From contig NC_068985.1 in NCBI RefSeq assembly GCF_001194135.2, positions 111,673,425 to 111,730,562 on the forward strand: DNA of 57,138 bases, given 5' to 3'. Positions 35,546-48,815 of this stretch are shown here, in pieces (position 1 is the first letter of the stretch; each line of letters opens with the position of its first letter). A model generated the notes under the pieces. It was given only the letters and a program-made list of their open reading frames with translations, was not told the origin of the DNA and made no database searches. Position numbers and translations under genes: made by a program. The DNA comes from Octopus bimaculoides (taxonomy: Eukaryota).

Positions 35546-35797
35546 ACACACACACACACACACATTCATACATACGTACATACACACATACATACACGTA
35601 CGCATGTATGTATGTTTCCTTTCTCTTTTTATACATACACCCACTCATACACACATGCTTACATACATTTTTACACGCAATCGTATAAACATACATACAT
35701 ATATGCATTCATATACACATACATCAAAGTATATACGCATAGTTATATACACGCACCTTTCTGTCTTTCTATCTCTCTCTGTCTCTTTCTCTCTCTT

Positions 35798-35838
<41 letters not shown>

Positions 35839-37079
35839 CATGCATATACACACACATACACATATACACGCATACAGATGCGCGCACGCATACTGTGTAG
35901 ACCGTGTCGATGAGTATAACCGTAACATGACGAATACTGAATTCTTTGTTCTTTGACTGTTTATTGGTAACACCGTTTTAGACAAAACCTGACAGCTTTA
36001 TATGCAGAAAGCAAACAAGAACTGCAGATTCGTGATGTCAGGGAAACAAAAAAAAATCGTTTCATGATGTTTGCAAATATTCTCCTGGCAAAGGGATGCT
36101 TGAGTCATTGAGTCACTTGAATATGTTCATTGTATGTCACTTTGTATACGTGATCTGGTATCATTTTAAATATTTGCTCCTCTTAAATGTGTATATAAAC
36201 AAATAAATCGGTCGCAGATCAATGAAATATATCTCGGATAATGAAAAATAATTTATAATCTATGACTCCAGCTGGTCTTGCCCCGTCATTTATTGTCAAG
36301 TTAGTGTTACTGTTTGAATCAAGTTATTTGAACAGCTGAAAAATGAATCACTTTTATCATTGTTGAGTAATGCTGTTGTTTAGTAATGCCACCAGCATCA
36401 GTAATAACGTCATAGGTACTACCACCCACAATCCATACGACCACCACTCTGTACCAACATTGACATTAGTTATATTGCCAATAAAACTACCGTCATGAAT
36501 TCCACCAACACCGTAGACACCACGACTAATGTCTCCTACGTTAACTATAAAATTACCCTTCACACGACCAAGAACAAAGCCAACAACAACAAGGACTAAC
36601 AACACTACAACCAACACTAACATCTAAACTGCATTCAACATTATCATCAAAACCACCATCCACAACACCAATACCCCCATCAACCACCACCACCACCACC
36701 ACCACAACCATCAGCACTACGAACAAGATTACTATCAGCAATATCCATCGCCAGCACTACCGAAAAGAGAACCCATCGCTTCTACTACTATATACAGAAG
36801 TAGGATCAACGCTACGAACGCCACCATCATCAACACTGTCAGTAATACTATCAACAACACTAATGTTTATAATCATGGTCCGGTCCTCCAGTTTCCAAGA
36901 ACATATCTGCGCTCGTGAGGGCAGGGTCGGAAAATTTCACTTTTATATTTTAGGCACGTGTGCGAATGAAGAGACTTGTTGAATTCACACACACGTGTGT
37001 GTGTGTATGTGCGTGTGTGTGTGCGTGCGTGCGTGCGTGTGTGTGTGTGCGTGCGCGCGTGTGTGTGTGTGTGTGCGTG

Positions 37080-37111
<32 letters not shown>

Positions 37112-37991
37112 CGTGTGTGTGTGTGTGTGTATAACGAACCCGATATAAACAAGAAACTCCTAAACAAGTATTAATTTCGTTTAGTAAAATAAAAATCTTA
37201 ATCTCAATCGATATGGGAATATAGACATAGATGAGTGGACTGTNNNNNNNNNNNNNNNNNNNNNNNNNNNNNNNNNNNNNNNNNNNNNNNNNNNNNNNNN
37301 NNNNNNNNNNNNNNNNNNNNNNNNNNNNNNNNNNNNNNNNNNNNNNNNNNNNNNNNNNNNNNNNNNNNNNNNNNNNNNNNNNNNNNNNNNNNNNNNNNNN
37401 NNNNNNNNNNNNNNNNNNNNNNNNNNNNNNNNNNNNNNNNNNNNNNNNNNNNNNNNNNNNNNNNNNNNNNNNNNNNNNNNNNNNNNNNNNNNNNNNNNNN
37501 NNNNNNNNNNNNNNNNNNNNNNNNNNNNNNNNNNNNNNNNNNNNNNNNNNNNNNNNNNNNNNNNNNNNNNNNNNNNNNNNNNNNNNNNNNNNNNNNNNNN
37601 NNNNNNNNNNNNNNNNNNNNNNNNNNNNNNNNNNNNNNNNNNNNNNNNNNNNNNNNNNNNNNNNNNNNNNNNNNNNNNNNNNNNNNNNNNNNNNNNNNNN
37701 NNNNNNNNNNNNNNNNNNNNNNNNNNNNNNNNNNNNNNNNNNNNNNNNNNNNNNNNNNNNNNNNNNNNNNNNNNNNNNNNNNNNNNNNNNNNNNNNNNNN
37801 NNNNNNNNNNNNNNNNNNNNNNNNNNNNNNNNNNNNNNNNNNNNNNNNNNNNNNNNNNNNNNNNNNNNNNNNNNNNNNNNNNNNNNNNNNNNNNNNNNNN
37901 NNNNNNNNNNNNNNNNNNNNNNNNNNNNNNNNNNNNNNNNNNNNNNNNNNNNNNNNNNNNNNNNNNNNNNNNNNNNNNNNNNNNNNNNNNN

Positions 37992-38040
<49 letters not shown>

Positions 38041-38059
38041 TTTGTATATTAAGGCTACC

Positions 38060-38735
38060 ATTGGTTTCATGTTAGAAAATATCTTAATTTTTCAATCCGA
38101 TCACATGGATAAATGATATTCGTCTCCATTTTGCATGAAAACACAAAATAATAAATGGATGACACGTTTTGAGTGATTATCTCCCTTGGATTTGACTTTA
38201 GGGAAAGCAGTCATGTTGGATGGTAAAATTTTTTCCACTATATCATATTATACTCTGGGTATATGTGATGTTCGTATGTTTGTCTGCTGAGGTTGTTCGT
38301 TGTGGGAGAGTATTTCATGTAAATGTGGATTTCGTGTGTTGTATGTATTCACTTTTCACGTTTAGGGAAGAAACTAACCTTGTGGGGTTCCTCTTTGAAG
38401 TGAAGTAGTATGAAATATTGCTTGTGTATGCAGGGAGAAAAGGTTTCATCTCTGATATTTAGGAGGTTATCTGTTGACTGTATAATATTTAGTTTTTCAG
38501 TGATACACAGTTCACATTTGGTACCCTATCCTCTGTATTTTCTCGCTTATGTTTAATTTTATCTGGGAGGTTTCTTATTCTTCCTTCTTCTTTTAATGTT
38601 CATATCATATTAGACAGTGAGGTTGCATGTCTTTTATTTTTGTGTTTTCATCCAAAATGGAGATGAACAACATTCATCCATGTAATCGTATTAAAAAATT
38701 AAGATATTAAGATAACTTTCTTAACATGAACCAAT
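38060..38735 (-). mobile_element. 5'-truncated PLE 3' end (GIY-YIG C-terminus) with inverted terminal segment
   Basis: RHATSLSN..TLKE...ELCITEKLNIIQSTDNLLNIRDETFSPCIHK. 38060-38155 is an inverted copy of 38633-38735. Confidence 0.75.
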
Positions 38736-38773
38736 AGACTTAATACACAAATAAAGAAACTCTATCCACCATT

Positions 38774-38804
<31 letters not shown>

Positions 38805-38959
38805 NNNNNNNNNNNNNNNNNNNNNNNNNNNNNNNNNNNNNNNNNNNNNNNNNNNNNNNNNNNNNNNNNNNNNNNNNNNNNNNNNNNNNNNNNNNNNNNN
38901 NNNNNNNNNNNNNNNNNNNNNNNNNNNNNNNNNNNNNNNNNNNNNNNNNNNNNNNNNNN

Positions 38960-39137
38960 TATATATGACAGGTTTTTTTCATTTTCCGTCAACCAAATCC
39001 ATTCACTAGGCTTGGTCGGTCCGAGGCAATAGTAGAACATAGTAGAAGGCACTAGCCCAAGGTGCCACACAGTGGAAGTGAACCCGGAACTATATGGTTG
39101 GGAAGCAAGCTTCTTACCGCACAACTGCAGAGCCACA
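38960..39137 (-). mobile_element. SINE type A, 5' half
   Basis: CCCAAGGTGCCACACAGTGGAAGTGAACCCGGAAC on the + strand. Confidence 0.85.
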
Positions 39138-39379
39138 TATATATTTACATGTATGCATATATACACACGCATACACACACATACACACATACGTACATAC
39201 ATAATGCATATACATTTATAAGTAGAGAGAGGGGGAGAGAGAGAAAGAGAGACAGATAGACAGACAGACAAAGAAACAGAAGAACACAAAGATAGAAAGG
39301 CAGAATGATAGAAAGACAGATAGATATAGATAGATAAAGGTTTAGGTAGGTAAGTTGGTATTATATGTGTGTGCATGTG

Positions 39380-39475
39380 TGTAGGTAGGTAGGTAGGTAG
39401 GCAGGTAGGTAGGTAGGTAGGTAAGTAGGTAGGTAGGTAGGTAGGTAGGTAGGTAGGTAGGTAGGTAGGTAGTTA
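39380..39475. repeat. (AGGT)n tetranucleotide repeat
   Basis: Direct inspection. Confidence 0.95.
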
Positions 39476-39806
39476 GGTGGAGGGGATGCACATCAATGTT
39501 ATCATGGATGTGAGTAACGTTACTCAGAAGATGTGTTTGAATATGCGATCATCGACTTTTGCACACATACAGACATATATTTGTGTATGCACTCATACAC
39601 CCAAATATACATATCCACAGAGATGCATATTCATATTTATATTTATGATCTTAGGATGTAGATTTAGAGTATATTTGAACCTATCCCTCCCGCATACGAA
39701 TATATATTAATCATTAATATTAAAATAGTCATCGGTAGATTAATACACATGTGTGTGTGCATAAGCAGATATGTATGTGTGTGTTTGTAAGTGTGTATGT
39801 GTGTGA

Positions 39807-39838
<32 letters not shown>

Positions 39839-40625
39839 ATNNNNNNNNNNNNNNNNNNNNNNNNNNNNNNNNNNNNNNNNNNNNNNNNNNNNNNNNNNNN
39901 NNNNNNNNNNNNNNNNNNNNNNNNNNNNNNNNNNNNNNNNNNNNNNNNNNNNNNNNNNNNNNNNNNNNNNNNNNNNNNNNNNNNNNNNNNNNNNNNNNNN
40001 NNNNNNNNNNNNNNNNNNNNNNNNNNNNNNNNNNNNNNNNNNNNNNNNNNNNNNNNNNNNNNNNNNNNNNNNNNNNNNNNNNNNNNNNNNNNNNNNNNNN
40101 NNNNNNNNNNNNNNNNNNNNNNNNNNNNNNNNNNNNNNNNNNNNNNNNNNNNNNNNNNNNNNNNNNNNNNNNNNNNNNNNNNNNNNNNNNNNNNNNNNNN
40201 NNNNNNNNNNNNNNNNNNNNNNNNNNNNNNNNNNNNNNNNNNNNNNNNNNNNNNNNNNNNNNNNNNNNNNNNNNNNNNNNNNNNNNNNNNNNNNNNNNNN
40301 NNNNNNNNNNNNNNNNNNNNNNNNNNNNNNNNNNNNNNNNNNNNNNNNNNNNNNNNNNNNNNNNNNNNNNNNNNNNNNNNNNNNNNNNNNNNNNNNNNNN
40401 NNNNNNNNNNNNNNNNNNNNNNNNNNNNNNNNNNNNNNNNNNNNNNNNNNNNNNNNNNNNNNNNNNNNNNNNNNNNNNNNNNNNNNNNNNNNNNNNNNNN
40501 NNNNNNNNNNNNNNNNNNNNNNNNNNNNNNNNNNNNNNNNNNNNNNNNNNNNNNNNNNNNNNNNNNNNNNNNNNNNNNNNNNNNNNNNNNNNNNNNNNNN
40601 NNNNNNNNNNNNNNNNNNNNNNNNN

Positions 40626-40656
<31 letters not shown>

Positions 40657-40661
40657 TATGA

Positions 40662-41031
40662 TGTAGTGTTTTCCACAGTTATAATATGTAGTCACTGTTA
40701 TGACTGAAGCTGTTTTATCTACTATAGTAGCCACGATATTTTCTTGGTATCGGATGCAATGTATCTCTTCTCTATCGGAATGGTAATACACTGCTTCGTG
40801 TATCGTGCTATCGCTGATAGCTCTGCAAGACACCGAATTTGAACCGTCAATCTTGATTGTGACTCGAACTCGACTATAGCACGTAACTGACACTTAACTC
40901 CAACTGAGAACTAGGACAACGTCTCTACAACGACTGGCACATGACTCTCTGTACTGGTTGACGTAGTTTTGTTTTATAGTGGCTTTTTCATACCACTTCT
41001 ACCGTGGGAGGGGTGTACCATTTCCACTACA
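40662..41031 (-). mobile_element. Probable solo LTR (370 bp)
   Basis: Termini TGTAGTG...CACTACA (7-bp inverted repeat, TG..CA), with a TATAAAA near the minus-strand 5' end. No clean TSD. Confidence 0.55.
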
Positions 41032-42019
41032 ATATATATATATATANNNNNNNNNNNNNNNNNNNNNNNNNNNNNNNNNNNNNNNNNNNNNNNNNNNNNN
41101 NNNNNNNNNNNNNNNNNNNNNNNNNNNNNNNNNNNNNNNNNNNNNNNNNNNNNNNNNNNNNNNNNNNNNNNNNNNNNNNNNNNNNNNNNNNNNNNNNNNN
41201 NNNNNNNNNNNNNNNNNNNNNNNNNNNNNNNNNNNNNNNNNNNNNNNNNNNNNNNNNNNNNNNNNNNNNNNNNNNNNNNNNNNNNNNNNNNNNNNNNNNN
41301 NNNNNNNNNNNNNNNNNNNNNNNNNNNNNNNNNNNNNNNNNNNNNNNNNNNNNNNNNNNNNNNNNNNNNNNNNNNNNNNNNNNNNNNNNNNNNNNNNNNN
41401 NNNNNNNNNNNNNNNNNNNNNNNNNNNNNNNNNNNNNNNNNNNNNNNNNNNNNNNNNNNNNNNNNNNNNNNNNNNNNNNNNNNNNNNNNNNNNNNNNNNN
41501 NNNNNNNNNNNNNNNNNNNNNNNNNNNNNNNNNNNNNNNNNNNNNNNNNNNNNNNNNNNNNNNNNNNNNNNNNNNNNNNNNNNNNNNNNNNNNNNNNNNN
41601 NNNNNNNNNNNNNNNNNNNNNNNNNNNNNNNNNNNNNNNNNNNNNNNNNNNNNNNNNNNNNNNNNNNNTATATATATATTTAAATGAAATATTCAAACAC
41701 TGAGATTTGAAGTTAGATGTCACTACTGTTCATATCATCTGTGGATAAATTCAAAATTTGATGATATCACCAGTAGTAGCATTGGTGGAACGTAGTTATG
41801 ATAGCTTTAAGGAGCTATGAAATATCGTAATGATGCTTAATGAGCATCTAGCTGCTAGAAATAAGAGCCAAGTCTTAAATAATCCACCGTAGCGCACCAA
41901 TATAACAGAGAAAAACAGTATGCGAGGAAAACAGACCGAATTAAAACATTTAACAACACAAATAAAAATATTATGCAATTATATACCTGTATGTATGTAT
42001 CTATCTATCTATCTATATG

Positions 42020-42240
42020 CGTGTCTTTGCGTTTGAGTTTGTCCCCCTCCCATTACCGCTTGAAAACCGGGGTTGGTGTATTTATGTCTCCATAATTTAG
42101 TGGCTCAGCAAATGATTCCGATTGAATAAGTATTAGGCTTAAGAAATAAGTCCTGGGGTCGATTTGTGCGACTAAAACCATTCAAGCCGGTGTTCCAGCA
42201 TGGCCGCACTCAAATGACTGAAACAAGTAAAAGTAAAAGA
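42020..42240 (+). mobile_element. SINE type A, 3' half
   Basis: AATAAGTCCTGGGGTCGATTTG...CCAGCATGGCCGCACTCAAATGACTGAAACAAGTAAAAG. Confidence 0.85.
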
Positions 42241-42276
42241 AAATATATGTATTTCATTTTTAATTAATATTTGTGA

Positions 42277-42485
42277 TTTTTGGTGAGCTGGCAGAAACGT
42301 TAGCACGCCGGGCGAAATGCTTAAGGTTAATTTGTATGTCTTTACGTTCGGAGTACAAATTCAGCCGAGGTCGGCTTTGCCTTTCATCCTTTCGGGATCT
42401 TATAAATCAAGTACCAGCTGCGTACTGGGGTCGATCTAATCGACTGGTCCCTTCCCCCAAAATTTCGGGCCTTGTTCCCAGGACA
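42277..42485 (+). mobile_element. SINE type B
   Basis: GGTGAGCTGGCAGAAACGTTAGCACGCCGGGCGAAATGCTT...TTTGCCTTTCATCC. Confidence 0.9.
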
Positions 42486-43787
42486 ACTTATTACATCTGG
42501 TAAAGTACAGAACTAGGAAATTTTTACTTAAAATATTGCCGCTAAGGATAAAATTTCAAATAAAATATTTAGATTTAGAAAATATTAACATTTATTAAAA
42601 CTAAAAATTTTATTACAAGTTATTACTTCTATTTGTTATTACTTGTAACTTCTATTAAATTTTTTTTAAATAGCTCAAAATATTTTTTGCTCTCAAAAAA
42701 AGAATTCATTTTTTAATTATTACTTAATAATTAGAAATTGGAAAGTGGGTTATAAAAACATAAAAGTAGTACATAATTAGGTAGTACAATAAATAGAATA
42801 ATACAAAAATTAGTTGTATATTACATTAAAATCTACCTGTAACAACAAACTCACAGTAAAGTTATTGCCAAGTCTTCACATTTTTAGTCTTGACCCAATG
42901 CCTATTTTTTACATAATGAATTTGCCTACCATATATACTATTCTACTTTGCATAAAACTTTAGCTATATTGGTGCTTCTAGCTCTCATCTCTTAAGTATT
43001 CTAGCGTGTCAATATTTTAACAAAATGGTGGCACCTTTTATAATTATAATGTTACTTTATGAATTAAAATCAAATAATTTTTAATATTCAAATTTTTTTC
43101 CAGGCTATACTATTATGCTAATTAGTAATGTGTGTGTCAAATGTGTCAATTAGCGGTATTGTTGATAATGTTTTCCTTACCTCAATAACTCCGGTGACAT
43201 ACTAAAAGTCCCCTTATAGAATTATATTCATAAAAAAGTATAGAACTATATTATCACCCTCAAATTTGAGAAACAAACACTCATAACTTTTTTCTTTTGA
43301 AACTTCATTGCATGAGATTGATACCATGAAATTCCCCGAATTGAGATCTATCATTTAAATTTAATTAAAATATAGTTTGTTTTGAAAATAAAGAAATTAA
43401 TTATACTTAAATCCAATTTTTTGCCTTATATTTTTTGTCATAATATTTTACCTCACAACTATTTTGATAAGAAATTTTTGTTGCTTGGGAACAAAACTAA
43501 GATAAATATATTTTGCTTTTAACATAAAAAAGTTATTCAGATCTAAACATCATTGGTGGCATTATTTACTCTCTTATAATAATGTTGCTACAAATTTTGT
43601 TGTAAAATTTTCTCTACTGGATCAAATCTCAATTTTTTTTTATGCCAAAATGTAGCTTAGGGGCCATTCCTCTTCAAAAATGCTAACAGTTTTTCATTTG
43701 GTTAAGAACTGAATTAGCAACAAGCTCTAAAAGAGGTGTGTGTGAATAAATTGCGGCCTTAAGAATATTATTCAACTACTACCGTAG

Positions 43788-43823
<36 letters not shown>

Positions 43824-44214
43824 NNNNNNNNNNNNNNNNNNNNNNNNNNNNNNNNNNNNNNNNNNNNNNNNNNNNNNNNNNNNNNNNNNNNNNNNNNNNN
43901 NNNNNNNNNNNNNNNNNNNNNNNNNNNNNNNNNNNNNNNNNNNNNNNNNNNNNNNNNNNNNNNNNNNNNNNNNNNNNNNNNNNNNNNNNNNNNNNNNNNN
44001 NNNNNNNNNNNNNNNNNNNNNNNNNNNNNNNNNNNNNNNNNNNNNNNNNNNNNNNNNNNNNNNNNNNNNNNNNNNNNNNNNNNNNNNNNNNNNNNNNNNN
44101 NNNNNNNNNNNNNNNNNNNNNNNNNNNNNNNNNNNNNNNNNNNNNNNNNNNNNNNNNNNNNNNNNNNNNNNNNNNNNNNNNNNNNNNNNNNNNNNNNNNN
44201 TATATATACATATA

Positions 44215-44870
44215 GCTCCGATTTGGAAGGGAATTTAACAAGGGCAAGTCTAGAAAAGGTCAAAGACCAACGGCGAACTATTACACATCTACGATTCGAA
44301 GATGACAGCGAACTCATCGCCGAAAGCACAGTTCAGCTATAGATTATGCTGACAGAGCTAGATACCCATAACTCAGCAATAGACCCTCATACAAACCGCA
44401 TGAGAAGAAAATACATTTGGATGAAAACAGCACAAAGCTGAATAGAGGTGGAAAGTGACGAAATCGAGGAGGTAAAAGGATATGTCTGCTTAGGGTACTC
44501 AGTGAAAATGCACCGAAACATAGATGCGAAATCAGTAGGAGAATAAGAACAGGATGGAAGACGTTTACGTTAATAAAGGATGTGGTCAAAGCAAAACTAG
44601 ACAAGACTATACGTGCCAGACTTTTCAACAGTACCGTACTACCTGCGTTCTTATACGCAAATGGGATATGAGCAACTACGAAGAAAGAAAGAGTCAATTG
44701 GCAGTGAATGATTTATACTGGGTATATTATTGCGAGAACATATCGGAAATGAGGTAATTCGAGAACGAAGTTGAGTGAACGTCTTGAACACAGAATACCG
44801 AAACCAAAATTTCTACTGAGTAGGATATGTGGCAAGGTTGACAGATAACAGGCAGATAAGCAAAATAAAT
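44215..44870 (+). mobile_element. Decayed RTE LINE RT fragment
   Basis: ITHLRFEDDSELIAES (F/YADD-like)...EISRRIRTGWKTF...RARLFNSTVLPAFLY. Confidence 0.85.
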
Positions 44871-44874
44871 ATAA

Positions 44875-44997
44875 CAGCTTGATGATGGAGGCTCGATTTC
44901 TCCAATGTTGATTGCCTCCCTTGCGGCCTGCACATTGTGATGAACTACATATACCAACATAATGGTGTATCTCCGAGCCTCCAGAAACAGCTGTTGG
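44875..44997 (+). ncRNA. Hammerhead-like motif with extended stem II, start of a PLE-type 3' segment
   Basis: TTGATGA-TGGAGGCTCG...CGAGCCTCCA-GAA-ACAGCTGT-T. Stem II is 10 bp and perfect, stem III is palindromic, stem I is poor. Confidence 0.55.
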
Positions 44998-45234
44998 ACT
45001 TATAACGCCTTACTTCCTCCCCTTTAATTTTCTGTGTCGTTTGTACTCCGTCTAAGTTTAATCTATTAATATAAATATCTATATATTTATATTTAAATAT
45101 TCATCGTCTGAAAGTCTTCAGTCTTTGCTTTCTCTCGTTGTGCATGGATACATATATACATATTTTGTATATCAATCCGAAGCTGTTATGTTTAATGTTT
45201 ATCCGCATAATTGCCTCTATATATACACATACGT

Positions 45235-45265
<31 letters not shown>

Positions 45266-45823
45266 TNNNNNNNNNNNNNNNNNNNNNNNNNNNNNNNNNN
45301 NNNNNNNNNNNNNNNNNNNNNNNNNNNNNNNNNNNNNNNNNNNNNNNNNNNNNNNNNNNNNNNNNNNNNNNNNNNNNNNNNNNNNNNNNNNNNNNNNNNN
45401 NNNNNNNNNNNNNNNNNNNNNNNNNNNNNNNNNNNNNNNNNNNNNNNNNNNNNNNNNNNNNNNNNNNNNNNNNNNNNNNNNNNNNNNNNNNNNNNNNNNN
45501 NNNNNNNNNNNNNNNNNNNNNNNNNNNNNNNNNNNNNNNNNNNNNNNNNNNNNNNNNNNNNNNNNNNNNNNNNNNNNNNNNNNNNNNNNNNNNNNNNNNN
45601 NNNNNNNNNNNNNNNNNNNNNTATATATATATATATATATATGATATGTGTATGTATATACTATGTATTTACACGTTTATTTATACATATGTATATACAT
45701 ACACACATATATACACACATCACACACATGAATTTAATTTGTATAGTACTTAATATTCATGTATTTGCCATTCTTTCTCTCTCTCACACCCTCTCTCTTG
45801 TGTATGTATGTATATGTGCGTGA

Positions 45824-45862
<39 letters not shown>

Positions 45863-45902
45863 AACATACATAGATAGATAGATACATACATACATACATA
45901 CA

Positions 45903-45933
<31 letters not shown>

Positions 45934-46563
45934 GCACGCATATATATATACATATATACAGATATATGCATACATATATATGCATGCACACACACTCACT
46001 CACGCAATACACATGCGCGCGCGTATATTAACGGTTCACCTGCAGGTATATCTCAATATCGCTGCAAGATAGATTTATTTTCAGTGTCCAAAATTTTTAA
46101 TCTGTTTTTATTATATTTTTTTACCATCACAGAACTTCATGAATATACTGTGTTTCGCTTATAACAAAATATTAAACCGTATTAAATATTTTTCCTTGGA
46201 TTCTACTTTCAAAATATTATTTCTTATACAACTGAATACAATGTTTGTAATATATATAATTTTTTTTACGAAAACAAGTTTCCTGCTCTACACACTTGAG
46301 CGGCCTGTTTAAAATTTATACAATTATGGAAAATAAAAAAACAAATTTCCATTACTTCAACACGTTATGAGATAACACGCCATAAAAACACGCAATTTCA
46401 CTTGTTTGGTGAAACGTGACCAGTTGTTTTTTCGTCTATTCATACAGGACACTTAGAAACACAGAAGTGTAAGTATATACACGCACATACTCACACGCAC
46501 ACACACACACATACACATACATATATATACATATATATATGAACATATATATACATATATATG

Positions 46564-46604
<41 letters not shown>

Positions 46605-46607
46605 ATG

Positions 46608-46658
<51 letters not shown>

Positions 46659-47081
46659 NNNNNNNNNNNNNNNNNNNNNNNNNNNNNNNNNNNNNNNNNN
46701 NNNNNNNNNNNNNNNNNNNNNNNNNNNNNNNNNNNNNNNNNNNNNNNNNNNNNNNNNNNNNNNNNNNNNNNNNNNNNNNNNNNNNNNNNNNNNNNNNNNN
46801 NNNNNNNNNNNNNNNNNNNNNNNNNNNNNNNNNNNNNNNNNNNNNNNNNNNNNNNNNNNNNNNNNNNNNNNNNNNNNNNNNNNNNNNNNNNNNNNNNNNN
46901 NNNNNNNNNNNNNNNNNNNNNNNNNNNNNNNNNNNNNNNNNNNNNNNNNNNNNNNNNNNNNNNNNNNNNNNNNNNNNNNNNNNNNNNNNNNNNNNNNNNN
47001 NNNNNNNNNNNNNNNNNNNNNNNNNNNNNNNNNNNNNNNNNNNNNNNNNNNNNNNNNNNNNNNNNNNNNNNNNNNNNNNNN

Positions 47082-47145
<64 letters not shown>

Positions 47146-47592
47146 TGTATACTCACATAATCGCATGTGTTTGTGTGTGTGTTTGTGTTTGCATAAGTGT
47201 GCTTGCGCGGGGAGGTGGTGCGAGCGAAGAGCGAGAACAGGCGAAGGATGATAAAGTGAGTGTGCTGTTTTCAAGAAAGCGCTCATTGGTGTTTCTCCTG
47301 GGTCTCGTGGTGTCCAGTTTAAAGTGCAAGGCTTTCAAATGCGTCGAGGTGAAACATCATTTTCATTGTTCGACATTTACGTACATATATATATATGCCA
47401 CAGAATCTCCCAAAACTAGACGATATCTAAGCGTTTTCCAAGTTTATTAAAATTAACCATGACAATGTAAGTAAACTCCACGAATCATGGATCTGCAAAC
47501 ACTTTTCACCTTACTAGAATGAAGGACAACTCAGGATATCAAGACTAAGATCGGAAAATCCATAAACAAGCATAGCAAATATGTATTCATCA

Positions 47593-47825
47593 GCTGCCAA
47601 ACGGATATCACTGTGGTTTCGTCACCTAGGCAGTACCCTTCAATCCGGTGGTTTTAGCAGCGTTAAAACGATCAAGGTTCTGCAACACAGATTCCACCAA
47701 TCAAATTCACTCACTAGGTATTTGTCAGCCAGGGACGCTAGCAGAAGTCACTTGCCGCGTAGCGCAACTGAACCCGAAATCACGTGGTTGGACAGCGAAC
47801 TTCGTAACTACACAACCATGCCGGC
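47593..47825 (-). mobile_element. Diverged type A-like SINE
   Basis: GGCATGGTTGTGTAGTTACGAAG...GGGTTCAGTT...GGCAAGTGACTTCT. Confidence 0.65.
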
Positions 47826-48139
47826 GCTTGTCGGGGTCATTTGAAGGCAAAAGGAATTCGAAAGTAAAGCACAAATAATTCCAACAGATATTACGAAGAG
47901 AAGCCCATTGCATTCTAAGTGAACTTTTAGGATATACTATAAAGATAACAAGGAAAAGACAAAGTGAAATAGGAGAAAATGAACTCTTTCTTACCCACGC
48001 TAACAATTGAGTTGATCACTAGAACTTGTAGAACTGATTATTTCGACTACCTTGTCATAGAGGATATGAAGAACATGGAATAAGAGAGAAGTCAGGCCCT
48101 AAGTAAACTCTAGATGGTTATTCCTACCTGTATATTGGT

Positions 48140-48560
48140 TGAATCGATCCCTCCATCCATCCATTCGTCCATCGAACCAACCTATTTTCTTTGGAGAATC
48201 ATGGGGATAGAGTCCTCAGGCATCCCCTCCACAGGGTTTTATCGGAGGCAACCATCATTAAACTTTCCAGTTGGATTCCCAAGCATGACCAGCTGAGTCT
48301 ATGAGGATCATCCAACCATCTTGTTTTACCCCTAGGTTTCCTGACGGTTGGTTCGGCTTCAAGAACCCGTCTCGCGATTCTTTCCAGTCATATTCTAATC
48401 ACATGTTCATTGAACCGGATCCGTGATCTCTCAATGGGTAGGAGTTACGACTCGACCTATATAGAGACACTTTGATTCCTAAGCCACGAATCTTATCTAG
48501 TAACAATGCTCCAGAGATCCTTCGGAAGAATCTCTTTTCGGTGCCTTATATTCGTGATCG
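48140..48560 (-). mobile_element. RTE LINE 3' fragment with (GGAT)n tail
   Basis: HVIRI*LERIARRVLEAEPT.RKPRGKTRWLD...VASDKTLWRGCL. Confidence 0.85.
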
Positions 48561-48594
48561 TAATCTTTCGATCATTATCCAATATTCCTGACTA

Positions 48595-48815
48595 TATGAG
48601 GTGGGTGTTGAAAAGTTCCTGGCGCTAGGTAAAAGAAAATACAGGTGTATTAGTTAATTATGATTTTATCCAACATATTCGCCTCTCAGATTCTCATATT
48701 TATTGTAGCGGTCTTTCAGTTTTTCTAAGCCCTGTAAAAGAACTCAGGGAGTTAGGCCTCGAACTAAACCTTTTGTGATACCCTTAAAGCCAGAAACTTA
48801 TCACAAATCCTCGTA
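48595..48815 (+). mobile_element. Complete mariner-type MITE (~220 bp)
   Basis: Left end TATGAGGTGGGTGTTGAAAAGTTCCTGGC. The right end reverse-complements to TACGAGGATTTGTGATAAGTTTCTGGC. TA at both ends. Confidence 0.75.

Noticed and set aside
36357-36880. Thr/Asn-rich periodic segment resembling a mucin exon
   Set aside because: It looks like a decayed (ACC/ACA)n tract with stops and no clear splice boundaries.
38157-38205. Possible decayed hammerhead in the PLE 3' region (CTCAAAACGTGTC, minus)
   Set aside because: Both core halves are mutated and cannot be supported.
42500-43770. NUMT interpretation of the AT-rich block
   Set aside because: I could not recognise any mitochondrial gene, tRNA or rRNA motif.
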